20,000 bases of DNA from Mayamaea pseudoterrestris (Eukaryota), in assembly GCA_027923505.1 (NCBI GenBank), contig BROI01000001.1, positions 2,974,719 to 2,994,718 of the forward strand, in the 5' to 3' direction. The translations under genes and the position numbers were made by a program. Positions within the stretch are counted from its first letter, which is position 1. The number at the start of each line of letters is the position of its first letter. The notes under the pieces were generated by a model. It was not told where the DNA came from and did no database searches. It was given only the letters and a program-made list of their open reading frames with translations. This document shows positions 9,400 through 19,299 of this stretch, in pieces.

Positions 9400-11211
9400 T
9401 CATTGAAGCGATGCCGGAACAAGGTCAACAGCCTGATTGCTCCAAAGGGACTCTTGTCGACCTAGCCGCCGTAGTTGATCACTGTCATGGCTTACCCAAA
9501 GTATGCTTGTCTTTTGATCAGATGCGAGCTGTTGAAGAGTATTCTCAACACGCTGTTTTGATTCATCGTCAAGCGAGTTCGTAGACTCGTCTAGCAGCAA
9601 CACCCGTGGTTGTGACGCCACGGCAATGGCCAAATATATCCTCTGTGCCTCCCCTCCCGATAAATATTTCCATTCCGAAGCTAAAAGAGTCGTATCCAAT
9701 CCCCATTGTGTCATAAAGTGCTGTGCACTAGCTATCATGGTGTCATGCGTAGGCGTGTTTTTGTGCGACCAAGATTTCAATCCACAAATTTGCTCAATAA
9801 AGTGGCTGGGTGTACCGGGAATGTCAACTTTGTGTTGAGACACGTAGCGGACCTGTCGTCGCCACTCTTCAGGCGAAGTGAAGCTGTGTTGACTCCTTCC
9901 TTTGAAATGTACCTGACCGCCATCCTCATCTGGTGCAGTTAGCCACGCCAAAATACGCAACAGCTGACTCTTTCCTGCGCCTGATGGACCCACCAGAGCA
10001 AGCATAGCACCCTCCTCTAAACGCACCGAAAGATTCTGAAAAAGCAGTCGCGCTGATCCTCGACTGTCGCAGCTATTGTTGGAACAGGTGTCATCATCAT
10101 TCCTTTCTTTTGCTTCAAACGATTTCGACAATCCCTTGATCTCAAGAGCTGATAACGAGAGGCGATTGGATTCTTGTTTGATGTCGATATCGGTTTGTCC
10201 AAGCGCAAAGATCTCAAGGTTTGCTTTTTTTACGATAGCTTCTGCCGCCAACGCTGCGGAAACATCGGCATTGCCAGGGAGCAACGTCAGACTTTCATTG
10301 ATAGGTTCATCCAATACAGGCTTGCTAGCAGATCGCGATAAAAGTCTTGCAAGTGACACCCCCATTTTTCGGGTTCGCTCCAAGAAGTTGAGCTTTTTGG
10401 GCCGCTTCAAGAATTTGTCGACGCGAAGCATGTGACTCTTGGCGTCAAATCCAGCAGTTCGTACGATCCAGACTTCCAAAAGAATTGTTCCAAACGCCGA
10501 CATGGCGATTAGGTATAGGATAAGCATTTGGTATTTCGCCGCTTCAAATGGTGGAGTTCCTCCCAATATCTGTCCAGTCATCATTCCAGGTATCGAAATG
10601 AGTCCAATTACCGCCATGCTATTCAAGAGCGGCATGGCACCGATGCGAATCGCTTCTTTGATCAATCGACTTGAAGCTTCTTCTGGTGTGGCGCCAAATG
10701 CCAGTAACATTTCGACTTCATTGGATTGCTCCACTAGGCTGCTTAATGCCGTATTCAGTGAAAGCGCCACACCATTGATGCAGTTTCCAAGCAGCATGCC
10801 AGTGATCGGAATGACGTACTGCGGCTCCCAAACTGGTGTCGGCCGTAGTATGACTCCAAACGCCCAAGCGCATGCCAGCGCCGTATTGACGGCAAAGGCG
10901 CAAAATACTCCAGCAAGCATGCCATGAAAGTAGTAGGCCGATCGTGCCGACGCTTCCAGTGCAGCCAACGTGACCATGAAGAAGACGTAGAGAATCACCA
11001 CCCACCATCGATCATGTCCGTAGTTAAAGATTGGCGCGAGAATGGCTCCGAGGACGGAAAGTTGCACAAGAGTACGAATGACACCGACAACAATGGGACT
11101 TTCGACGGCTAGTCCCATTCGATGGGAGACGTAGGCCAGTCCAAGCAAGGGTGCAATCGAAAGTAGCAGCGATTGGTTGGATACTTGAATGAGGCCTTCT
11201 TCGGCAAACAT
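9400..11211 (-). CDS. Fused ABC transporter: UPF0014 (FetB/YbbM/STAR2/ALS3-type) permease plus FetA/STAR1-type ATPase, 603 aa
   Basis: Permease motifs IPITGMLLGN, LAFGATPEEA, GLISIPGMMTGQILGG..P.EAAKYQ. Nucleotide-binding domain with Walker A GPSGAGKS, Q-loop YVSQ, signature LSGGEAQR, Walker B LLLDE and H-loop WVSHD, all in one uninterrupted ORF. First ATG at 11211. Confidence 0.9.
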   Translation of the reverse strand: MFAEEGLIQVSNQSLLLSIAPLLGLAYVSHRMGLAVESPIVVGVIRTLVQLSVLGAILAPIFNYGHDRWWVVILYVFFMVTLAALEASARSAYYFHGMLAGVFCAFAVNTALACAWAFGVILRPTPVWEPQYVIPITGMLLGNCINGVALSLNTALSSLVEQSNEVEMLLAFGATPEEASSRLIKEAIRIGAMPLLNSMAVIGLISIPGMMTGQILGGTPPFEAAKYQMLILYLIAMSAFGTILLEVWIVRTAGFDAKSHMLRVDKFLKRPKKLNFLERTRKMGVSLARLLSRSASKPVLDEPINESLTLLPGNADVSAALAAEAIVKKANLEIFALGQTDIDIKQESNRLSLSALEIKGLSKSFEAKERNDDDTCSNNSCDSRGSARLLFQNLSVRLEEGAMLALVGPSGAGKSQLLRILAWLTAPDEDGGQVHFKGRSQHSFTSPEEWRRQVRYVSQHKVDIPGTPSHFIEQICGLKSWSHKNTPTHDTMIASAQHFMTQWGLDTTLLASEWKYLSGGEAQRIYLAIAVASQPRVLLLDESTNSLDDESKQRVENTLQQLASDQKTSILWVSHDSDQLRRLGRQESLWSNQAVDLVPASLQ

Positions 11212-11821
11212 CTTGATCGTTGATGTCGTTCTCTTAATTGACTTTTCAATGAGTTTGTGCACTGACTGTCGTTCGCGTCGTCCAAGAAAGGCTCGTCCCA
11301 AGAATTGCGATCGTAATAACCGATGGGTAAACTGCCTCGTTAACGGGTGACGCCAGTCCTCGCGAGTACCTCGTTGTACCTCGTGCTCACTCCAAATTCT
11401 GTGCCTTGAATGTTTTTTCCTCGCCTTTGAGGTCGACTACGCTTGCACAAGTTGCTTGTTTTGTGAGATGTGTCTTTGCCAAATGATCAATCTGGCGATA
11501 AAGATGCGCAAATTGTGGATGAATAAGCAAGCCGCGAGCGGAGTGATGGATGCGATAAGAGCGCATGCGGTCGCGTGCTCTTGAAGGCACATCTGGGTCA
11601 CAGAAGTGTAGAGCAGCGTCGACTGTACATCAAAGAGTGCGGTGAAAAGAATGAAACGTGTGCGTTATCCACGAGTATTCAGTCTTGGTACGACATGAAA
11701 ACACCGGGTTCGTTAGCATCCCTGACGCGTCAATCAAATTGTGCAGTGCTTTCTCGCACCATGATGCCAAGGCATCTCTACTTTTGATCAAGTCGAGCTT
11801 TCCAAACTGACCAAACATATC

Positions 11822-12973
11822 ATGAGTCAGATCTTCTTCTTTGTTTTCATCTTTTTGTGGTGCGATGTCACTTGCTTTTCTTGTCGATGCCTCGTCACGA
11901 ACGTTTCCCCTCGACAAGTAAATCCATCATTCTTCTCCGCACCATCGTCTGATAGTGAAGACTGCGACCACATACGTAACAATAGCAATAGTTCAGAGAC
12001 TTCAATGGCTCTACGAGATACCCTTCGAACTCTCGCTCAGCTTTCCTTGGTCGATTACGAGTGGCGATCCTCCATTTTTAAATCGTCGGAAGCCGATCGC
12101 TTGATGGAAAACTCCATTGCTCGTATGCGTGGACAAGATCCTGGATACGTGCGACCAATGGATGCAGCTTCTCTAGGACCACTTGGTCGTTGGGAAAAGG
12201 CAGTGGTTGAATGGTTGAGTCTTGTGATTGACGAGGAAGGCAAGCGTGCTCAAGCAATCGTCAATCAGGATGGAAACTTGGTGCGCCCCATGTTTTCCGA
12301 TACAAATAATCTTGGTCCATTGGGGCGAATTGAAAAGGCTGTTGTTGATTTGATTCATCGGATCCAGAATTCCGAAGCGGAGCGCGTCAAGGCGGGTGTT
12401 CTTCGTCCCAAGGATATGGTCAACTCGCGAGGACCACTGTCGGAAATGGAGGAGGAAGCAATGCGGATCCTTGACGAGATTAATAGATCGGAGCGATTGA
12501 GAGCGGAACAGAGCCGAGCTCGCGGTGGAGAAATTGTCAGACCTATAGATGTACCCGGACCTTTGGGTGAATTGGAGCTCAAGGTGGCTGAAGTGTTTCG
12601 GGCGGAGCAAATGCGTTCGCAGCAAAAACAATGGAACGAAGGCAAGATTGTCAGACCAAAAGACGCCAGGATTCGTGGCCCGCTTGGTGAAGCAGAGTTG
12701 CAGGCTTTTGAGGCTATTAAAGAACTGAATAACGAGGAATTGCAGCGGCTAAAATCCATCCAGCGTGTTTTGGAGCAGAACCGGCCCATGGAGACGAATC
12801 GCAACTCCCTTCTTGGAATTCTTGAGGCTGTGATTGTTGGTCTGCTGAAAGGGCCAAGGCTATTAATAAGCGTCTTTAAACGCGTCCAAGAACTCTTGCA
12901 GAGTGAGCCATTGGACTTGCCCGATACGTCGAACACACTATCAGACAAGGTCAAAAAAGACGATCAATTGTGA
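11822..12973 (+). CDS. Uncharacterised repeat protein, probably plastid-targeted, 383 aa
   Basis: Long ORF with ATG start; hydrophobic signal-like leader ending VTC-FS followed by a Ser-rich stretch (resembles bipartite targeting with Phe at +1); six imperfect RP-(x)n-GPL(G/S)-x-x-E repeats. Confidence 0.8.
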   Translation: MSQIFFFVFIFLWCDVTCFSCRCLVTNVSPRQVNPSFFSAPSSDSEDCDHIRNNSNSSETSMALRDTLRTLAQLSLVDYEWRSSIFKSSEADRLMENSIARMRGQDPGYVRPMDAASLGPLGRWEKAVVEWLSLVIDEEGKRAQAIVNQDGNLVRPMFSDTNNLGPLGRIEKAVVDLIHRIQNSEAERVKAGVLRPKDMVNSRGPLSEMEEEAMRILDEINRSERLRAEQSRARGGEIVRPIDVPGPLGELELKVAEVFRAEQMRSQQKQWNEGKIVRPKDARIRGPLGEAELQAFEAIKELNNEELQRLKSIQRVLEQNRPMETNRNSLLGILEAVIVGLLKGPRLLISVFKRVQELLQSEPLDLPDTSNTLSDKVKKDDQL

Positions 12974-13452
12974 AACAAACCATATGCGATACAAAGCAAA
13001 CGGCGCTCAAAGGAAGTTGAGTGTAAAGCCATCTCGAGGTAAAGTGGTCTCTGATATGACTCGGCCATGGATCGTTACGACATGTTGTAAAGAAATTGCA
13101 TGGCAGGTGGAACGTTTTATGTGCCATTATTTATAAGTCGCTCCAACGAGCCAGCTCCCACACGCGCTTGCTGTCCTATCGCTCCATAATAGAGTAAGGA
13201 ACACAATAATTGACTGGGATCGATTTGACGGAGTAAATAAAGGGTCCCCAACGTGACATAGCTTAACTCGACATAGTACACCGGTAGCTTGGCCGGACGA
13301 TTACTTTTGTCGTACCATGACTCGTTTCCGCACCGCAGCTGCGCCCCATGCATGCTTGTGCTCACTCATGTTAATGATCCCTCCCATACCGAACCTACCT
13401 ATCCATAGTAACATATACACATCGAATCAAACTTAAGAAGTAAAAGTGTGAT

Positions 13453-14715
13453 ATGAGTGCCGCAACACTTGGTTTGGCCGGCGGAGGCAGCGGCGCAACA
13501 TCGAGCGCCGTCAACAACCAAATGCAGCAGCATCGACAGGATTCATCGAGCAGCCCGCAAGTATTGTCTTCCTTTCATTCCGATTACATTTATCACGTAT
13601 CATTTGATACATATGGACGTCGGATGGCGACATGCAGCGGCGATCGATTCGTACGCGTCTGGGATTTAACGGATACAGGTGAATGGACAATGAGCGGACA
13701 ATATCAGGCGCATCGAGGAAGCGTCTTGTCGCTCGCTTGGGCGCATCCAGAATATGGGTGTCTTCTTGCTACGGCTGGAAGTGATCAGGAAGCTAAGATA
13801 TGGGAAGAGCGCAGTCCAATGGCTGTCGGGGCAGGAACCACTACAAGTGGAAACAATGCCGCCAGTGCCGTTTCGAGCGGTCGCTGGAATCTAAAGGCAA
13901 GCCTCGCAGAAGCTCGACGCTCAGTCACTTGCTTGGAATTTTCGCCTCGCCATTTTGGACTAAAGCTTGCCGTCGGATCTTCGGATGGATGTGTTCGAAT
14001 CTACGAAGCAGTGGATGTAAGTCTGGAGACACACTGCTGCTCGCATCGCCAATTACTCCCTTTAACCTTTAACCTATGTCAAACATTACCTCTTCGATTT
14101 GCAATCACACTAATGCGTCTCACAATGCATCTTTTACTTTCATGAATAAACCATGTACAGATCAATAATCTTGCTCAGTGGCCGCTTGCTGCGACGCTGG
14201 AGTGTTTTGCGGAAACGACAACGCACAAACTCGGGTGCACCTCTCTGTCTTGGTGCAATGGCCGCTTCGAACCTCAAACGCTCGTCGCAGGAGGCTCGCA
14301 CTGCGTCATATACCGCTACATGGAATCATCTCGGGCCTGGCAAGCGATATTAACTCTGCAAGTGCCAGTCTCTGGACCGGACCACCACCGACCCGTCCTC
14401 GATGTTGCATGGGCACCAAATGTTGGACGACGTTTCCACTACATTGCTAGTGCGGAAGGCGAGCATATCAAAGTGTTTAAGCTGTTGAGGGACATCGTTG
14501 AAGATCATGATGGTGGCGAGGGCAGTAAAGAAGTGAAGACGCTGACGCTAGATTCGACGCAAATGGTTGATGCCAGCGCGTGGCGATGCCAGTGGAACGT
14601 GACTGGCACTGTCTTGGCTTCTTCAGGTGATGCGGGTGTTGTCCAGCTGTGGAAGTCGAATAGTGAGGGCCAATTTATTTGCGTTTCCAACGTACAAAAT
14701 GCGGTCAATCCGTAG
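13453..14715 (+). CDS. SEH1: Nucleoporin/GATOR2 subunit Seh1 (WD40); exons 13453-14016 and 14161-14715, 372 aa
   Basis: HSDYIYHVSFDTYGRRMATCSGD, WAHPEYG, IWEE, FSPRHFGLKLA, DGCVRIYEAVD|INNLAQWPL, VAWAPNVGR, WNVTGTVLASSGDAGVVQLWK; these are Seh1-specific rather than Sec13 motifs. Confidence 0.93.
14017..14160 (+). other. Spliceosomal intron (144 nt, phase 0) in SEH1
   Basis: GTAAGT donor, CACTAAT branch-like site (14108-14114) and TACAG acceptor. It contains the in-frame stop ending the first ORF; splicing restores YEAVD-INNLAQW. Confidence 0.9.
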
Positions 14716-14885
14716 TGTAACGATTTACAGATGCGCGACAAAATCGATGGCTATCATTAATATTTGCTCACTTTGGAAATAATGATATTGCTGCTAAGTA
14801 TCTTAACTTTATATAAGTTTTATATGATGTCTGCTCGCATTGATGTGCGTCGTTACTTGTTGGTAAAATAAATACAAAAAACATT

Positions 14886-16523
14886 TTACTCTTTCGAGTA
14901 CGAAAATACGTTCAGAGCAGAAGCGTTCACCTTGGCCTGAATCGGACCTGCTTCCACAACTTCGCCATCAATGTCATTGTACGAACCAGGCGAAATCGGT
15001 TCTAAACGATACGCGACGCATTCAATAAACTCAACACCTGGAACATTGACATGCGTCCCAGCCTGCAATCCGAGCATCGTTTGAATCAAGCGAAACTTGC
15101 TGACTCCCGATCGAATGAAGAAAATTTGAAAAACACCGTCATCCAGGCGACTGTTTGGACTCTGGTGATTGGACATGGACGCATGCGATACGTGAGAAGC
15201 CCAGAAGAGGATAAAATCATCCTCAATCGTCTCCCAATCACTGGGCACTGGGTCTGATAGTGCCGGCATGACGATTGACTCGGTCGAAACTTCCTTCTTT
15301 GGCTTCAAAAATGAGAATCGAGCCTTGTAACGTCGCAGCCATAGAATGCGTAAAACGCCCCAGATGTCAAAGCGAACTTCTCCCAAAAAATGAATGAGCT
15401 CCGAGTCGATGTCAATATCCGCAACCATGGCCCACGTAAAGGTCAGGAAGGACGTATACGATTGATTAGAAGTGGTATAGCGGCTCAAGTCAACTTTTGA
15501 TGTTTCACCCTTGCAAATAGGGAGGATTGATTCAATGATTCCGTAACGTTCCTTTGCCTCGTGCAGCAGACTAGTGACGAACCCATTGGCCGTTCCGCAA
15601 CCAACGACACCAATTGTGAGCTGCGGCGTCGTAGCACTATCCTTCTTGTCGTCTGACATCTCGTAGAGTCCTTGCAAAACTTGATGAACCGTTCCATCTC
15701 CCCCAACAATGACAAGCGCCGAGTAATCTGACAAGCGACGTTCAGCACCTCCATACGTAATGGTGGCTTTGTCGCTCGCAAGTTGAATGGCATGATCGGC
15801 ATGCTCCAAAACGACCACGATACACTCAAGCCCAGCTTGCTCCAGCATGGGTTGTACTTGTGTCTCCGCCACGACTTGGCCGTTGCGCTTTGGCCCAGAC
15901 TTTGGATTCGCAAGAATAAGGACTTTGGAATTCTTGCTGGTAGTGGCTTTTGGCGGACGCGCCAGTTGCTGCAGCTTGGCGACCAATGCCGACGCTTCCG
16001 CCACATCTTCCGACGGCGCCAAGACAAAGGACCGATGGTGCGCCAAGCGAGGCCCGTAGTTTTTGTCGCCCTTGTCTGGTCGCTGGTAGTTGGAAGGGTT
16101 TGGTGGAGGAGACGCTGGCGACATCATTCCAAGCCTTTGGAACCATGACTTCTGCGACAGATTTTGTCGCGGATACGAGAAGAGTGTCAAGATGGCGCAG
16201 CCCTTATTGTCCGTCAGAATGTCGGAAGAAGGCTCGTTTGAAGCTCTGTCTTTGATGGCAGCTGACGTCGAAGATGATTCCTTCGCCACCTCCATCTTTG
16301 GTTCAATGACGAGCTTGGCGCCAATCATGTCCTCCAAATCAATAACATCAAGGATCTCTTTCGTTTCATCAACAATGACATGAATGATTCCTTCAGCTGC
16401 GAGATGAACCAAGTGACAGCGCTCCTCGGCGCTGGTCGCATTCTTGCGACGAGAAGAGTAGTCGTTTGGAACAAGGAGAGGGACCATGGGAAGAGAGCCT
16501 TCTGCAGAAGATGACAGCGCCAT
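14886..16523 (-). CDS. Sphingosine (long-chain base) kinase, DAG-kinase catalytic family, 545 aa
   Basis: LANPKSG, VGGDGTVHQVLQGL, GTANG, WAMVADIDIDSE..HFLGEVRF (sphingosine-kinase-specific segment), LDDG, IDGE. Confidence 0.88.
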   Translation of the reverse strand: MALSSSAEGSLPMVPLLVPNDYSSRRKNATSAEERCHLVHLAAEGIIHVIVDETKEILDVIDLEDMIGAKLVIEPKMEVAKESSSTSAAIKDRASNEPSSDILTDNKGCAILTLFSYPRQNLSQKSWFQRLGMMSPASPPPNPSNYQRPDKGDKNYGPRLAHHRSFVLAPSEDVAEASALVAKLQQLARPPKATTSKNSKVLILANPKSGPKRNGQVVAETQVQPMLEQAGLECIVVVLEHADHAIQLASDKATITYGGAERRLSDYSALVIVGGDGTVHQVLQGLYEMSDDKKDSATTPQLTIGVVGCGTANGFVTSLLHEAKERYGIIESILPICKGETSKVDLSRYTTSNQSYTSFLTFTWAMVADIDIDSELIHFLGEVRFDIWGVLRILWLRRYKARFSFLKPKKEVSTESIVMPALSDPVPSDWETIEDDFILFWASHVSHASMSNHQSPNSRLDDGVFQIFFIRSGVSKFRLIQTMLGLQAGTHVNVPGVEFIECVAYRLEPISPGSYNDIDGEVVEAGPIQAKVNASALNVFSYSKE

Positions 16524-16857
16524 GGTATTGCTAGATGGCGAACGGAGAGCAGATTAAATACTAAAACGTCGTTGCTGCTCGATCTGCAATGCTAATAGAA
16601 AGCCAAAAAAGGAGGAAGGCCAAGACTGCAGTTTGGTTGGCACGGATTTGCGAGTCGAAGAAAATGTCTTACCGGTAGCCGAACTCGGCATTGGGCGAAT
16701 TTTTGTTTGTCGGAACCGGACTGCATATCAACCATCGAGAGGTTTGTTCCCGCCGAGTTGCGCAAGTGGGAAAACTCATTTTTATGCTAACTTGGTGCGT
16801 TCACTTTGAATAGACGATTACCGGACACTGTGACCAAGCCGCTCCTTAAAAGCGAGC

Positions 16858-19061
16858 TTAGGCTTTCTTCAATTTACCCGCTACTTGCCGTCCCAAGAAC
16901 CAAACAACCAGCATTTCCAGTATCTCGAGTTGGACTAATTGAATAAGGATTTCCACGCAGCCAGAGGCAAAACCGGAACCGTAAGCTGGATGCTCCAAAC
17001 GAAACAGTTTGACACCACATTTGGCTACGGTAAAAGTTCGCAGCAGCATAACCAGTTTACCCACGAGACCTCGTCCGTACGAGCGCGGCAGTGGATCTAG
17101 AATGAAACACAGCAAGATCCAGCAGATAAGCGGCGCAAGTAAAATTAGAAAATTGCGGAGTGAGGCAACGCCCTTGTGCCATATGACTGCAACGTCTCCA
17201 GCCAACAAGACGGGCAGTATCGGTAAAATTAAAGCAACAAGCACCGGTCGTCGATAGTACAGAGCCAGTAGATTGTTTTGTGTGTAGCGCGCTTTGGGAA
17301 GCTTAGGCAATGTCGATGCGAGTCTTGTATCTTGCTTTGGCGGACAAGGAAGCATTCCAATCATGATAAGACTCAGCGCGTACACAAGCAAGACGGCCGA
17401 TAATGCAATGACTTCGTTTAGTCCAATACCTATTTGTCGGGACTGTTTTATGGAAAAGATGATCTTGCTAGCGACAGTAACGACCACCAAGGTCAAAGGA
17501 ATGAATGAAATAGCAATCAAATTCATGGCTTCAAGGCGTTCTGCTGCCCATCGCGCAGCCACGAAACGATTCAAGACCCAGTGTACTATTTGAAAGATTC
17601 TGCTGGCTGTAAAGGAGAGCATCAGTATAGTGAACATCGACAAGCCATTCGAGTCGGACGCGGCCCAGCATAACAAGACAGCCAGCAACGGAAAGCAAAA
17701 CCACTGTATGAGGTGAATGCCTGTATCCGCGTGTACGGCCAAGACAGGAAGCGCGCAGTGCAAGGCCGCAATCAAGCAATAACAACTAACGAGCCATATC
17801 GCTTGGTGTGTCAATGCGGCTTCCATGAAAGTTGCCCTCCGACCAAAGGAAGTCTGCAATGGGTGAGGGAATGCAAGTAAATCCAGTGTTACAACAACTG
17901 CATGATAAAAGCGCCCTTACCCGCAATTGCTCTCCGTGTTTTCCCAAAGCTTCATTGTAATCTAGAAAAACTCCTTTGTAAAGATCTTTAAGATTGACAA
18001 TTCTTTCCGTCGACGACCTTTGATCATGGACAACCGCTAGCTGGTGGAGAATGACTCTGACGCCATCCAACAAGTTATGACACCAAACAATAGCTTGATG
18101 ATCCATTCCCAGTGATGGTGCACGTTTCGTGGTATCGTCCTTTGGTGTTGTCATGATATCGCTGGCTAATATGGACAATGAGGCCGCATGAGTTGTTGAT
18201 GCGTCGCATGATCGAGCTGGGATCATGGCGTCTGCGATCCCTCCTGAGACTGCCACCACGGATAAATTGTAGTCATCGCTCTCGTGTTGTATTCGTTGGT
18301 GTATTTCATATAGAGAACGCTCCCATGCCAGACTGGGATGTCCGTGGGGTGTTGCCAACGTGATCATGTTGCGCACAAACGGTCGAATTGTCGGATCAAT
18401 AATGCGCGCCAGCTCTGCCGCATATCCACCCATGCTGTGCGCCACCAAGACAATTTGACGAAATTTGCACGAGTCTATCAAGTGGTGCGTCACTTGTGAA
18501 AGGTATTCTGCCTGTGACCGGACAAATTCACCATGCAATCCAGTCGGTTCTTCCTGAAAATGAACGGCAAACACATCGTATACAAAGTCGTCAATGTCAG
18601 TCGCATTCCCCGTATATTTTAAAGACAGCAACGACTTTTGTGTTTGCGTAATTTGTTGCCGGGAAAGGTTTCGTCGCGTCATTTGAACGCCATGCGCTCC
18701 AAGGCTGCGAGCCTGTTGGTAGGAGCCGCCGTGACCAGGAACGTACAAGACGGCCGTCGTGGTGGATGCGTCATTGGGCAACGAGTAGCACCATGATGAT
18801 GAGTCAATTGATAAATTCTTCTCGAGGTTGATTATCAAGTTCTGATTCCGAGAATCCCGACGATCGACAAACTTGTAGAGTTGATAGTCGCTAGGAATGG
18901 ACGTCGACTGATTTGGTAGTGGAATCGGTATGAATACTCGATGCGACCAGGTCATGTCGCATTCGTCCTGCGTATACAAGAATCTATGGTTCAAATAGGC
19001 GCCATACGCCAAAGAAAGAAAACAAATGATGGAAGGGAGCCAGCAAATGAAACGAATCCAC
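16858..19061 (-). CDS. PGAP1: GPI inositol-deacylase PGAP1/BST1, 5' end interrupted by LTR retrotransposon; exons 19061-17921 and 17853-16858
   Basis: N-terminal hydrophobic anchor WIRFICWLPSIICFLSLAYGAYL, then ECDMTW, YVPGHGGSYQQARSLG, lipase box AHSMGG, ITLATPH, SGGIAD, DHQAIVWC, and a multi-pass membrane C-terminal exon. No in-frame ATG exists upstream of the anchor before the LTR. Confidence 0.85.
17854..17920 (-). other. Spliceosomal intron (67 nt, phase 0) in PGAP1
   Basis: GTAAGG donor and TTGCAG acceptor join the catalytic ORF and the membrane ORF in frame (GEQLR|TSFGRR). Confidence 0.8.
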
Positions 19062-19272
19062 TGTTGAGCATGGATGAGAACCCAAACCGAAGCGGCAGCG
19101 GTGACGTCACGAAGACGGTCACATTTAAGTAAGCGCGGTAAGCGGCAACCGAAGGAGTGGATCGAGGACGATCACTTCTTGGAGAAAATAAGTAAAGTGG
19201 TTTTATTGACTCTGTTCTGCTTAATCATTAGTGTCGCTTCAAGGGCGCGCAAGATATATTCTAGATCCAACA
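19062..19272 (+). repeat. Putative 5' LTR (211 bp)
   Basis: Begins TGTTG (19062-19066) and ends CAACA (19268-19272). Contains palindrome GTGACGTCAC (19101-19110), AT-rich ATTTAAGTAA (19123-19132) and initiator-like TCACTT (19172-19177). The second LTR copy is not visible. Confidence 0.72.
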
Positions 19273-19286
19273 TTTTCTCCAAGAAG
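19273..19286 (+). promoter_or_regulatory. Putative self-priming primer-binding site
   Basis: TTTTCTCCAAGAAG directly after the LTR-terminal CA is the exact reverse complement of CTTCTTGGAGAAAA (19175-19188); no TGG start as tRNA-3'-end priming would require. Confidence 0.68.
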
Positions 19287-19299
19287 CGAGTGAAAAGAC

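Noticed and set aside
2312..11211. Operon-like or horizontally acquired metabolic cluster
   Set aside because: Mixed orientations, a spliceosomal intron, interleaved eukaryotic housekeeping genes and no obvious compositional shift; no single pathway links the genes.
2255..11301. ORF-track N-terminal extensions (starts 2255, 7583, 11301; likewise 2024)
   Set aside because: They use TTG/GTG starts, which are unlikely in a eukaryote; downstream ATGs coincide with domain starts.
12355..12954. 199-aa antisense ORF, and similar antisense ORFs within other genes (e.g. 8306-8851, 10439-10927)
   Set aside because: Fully overlap well-supported genes on the opposite strand; typical shadow ORFs.
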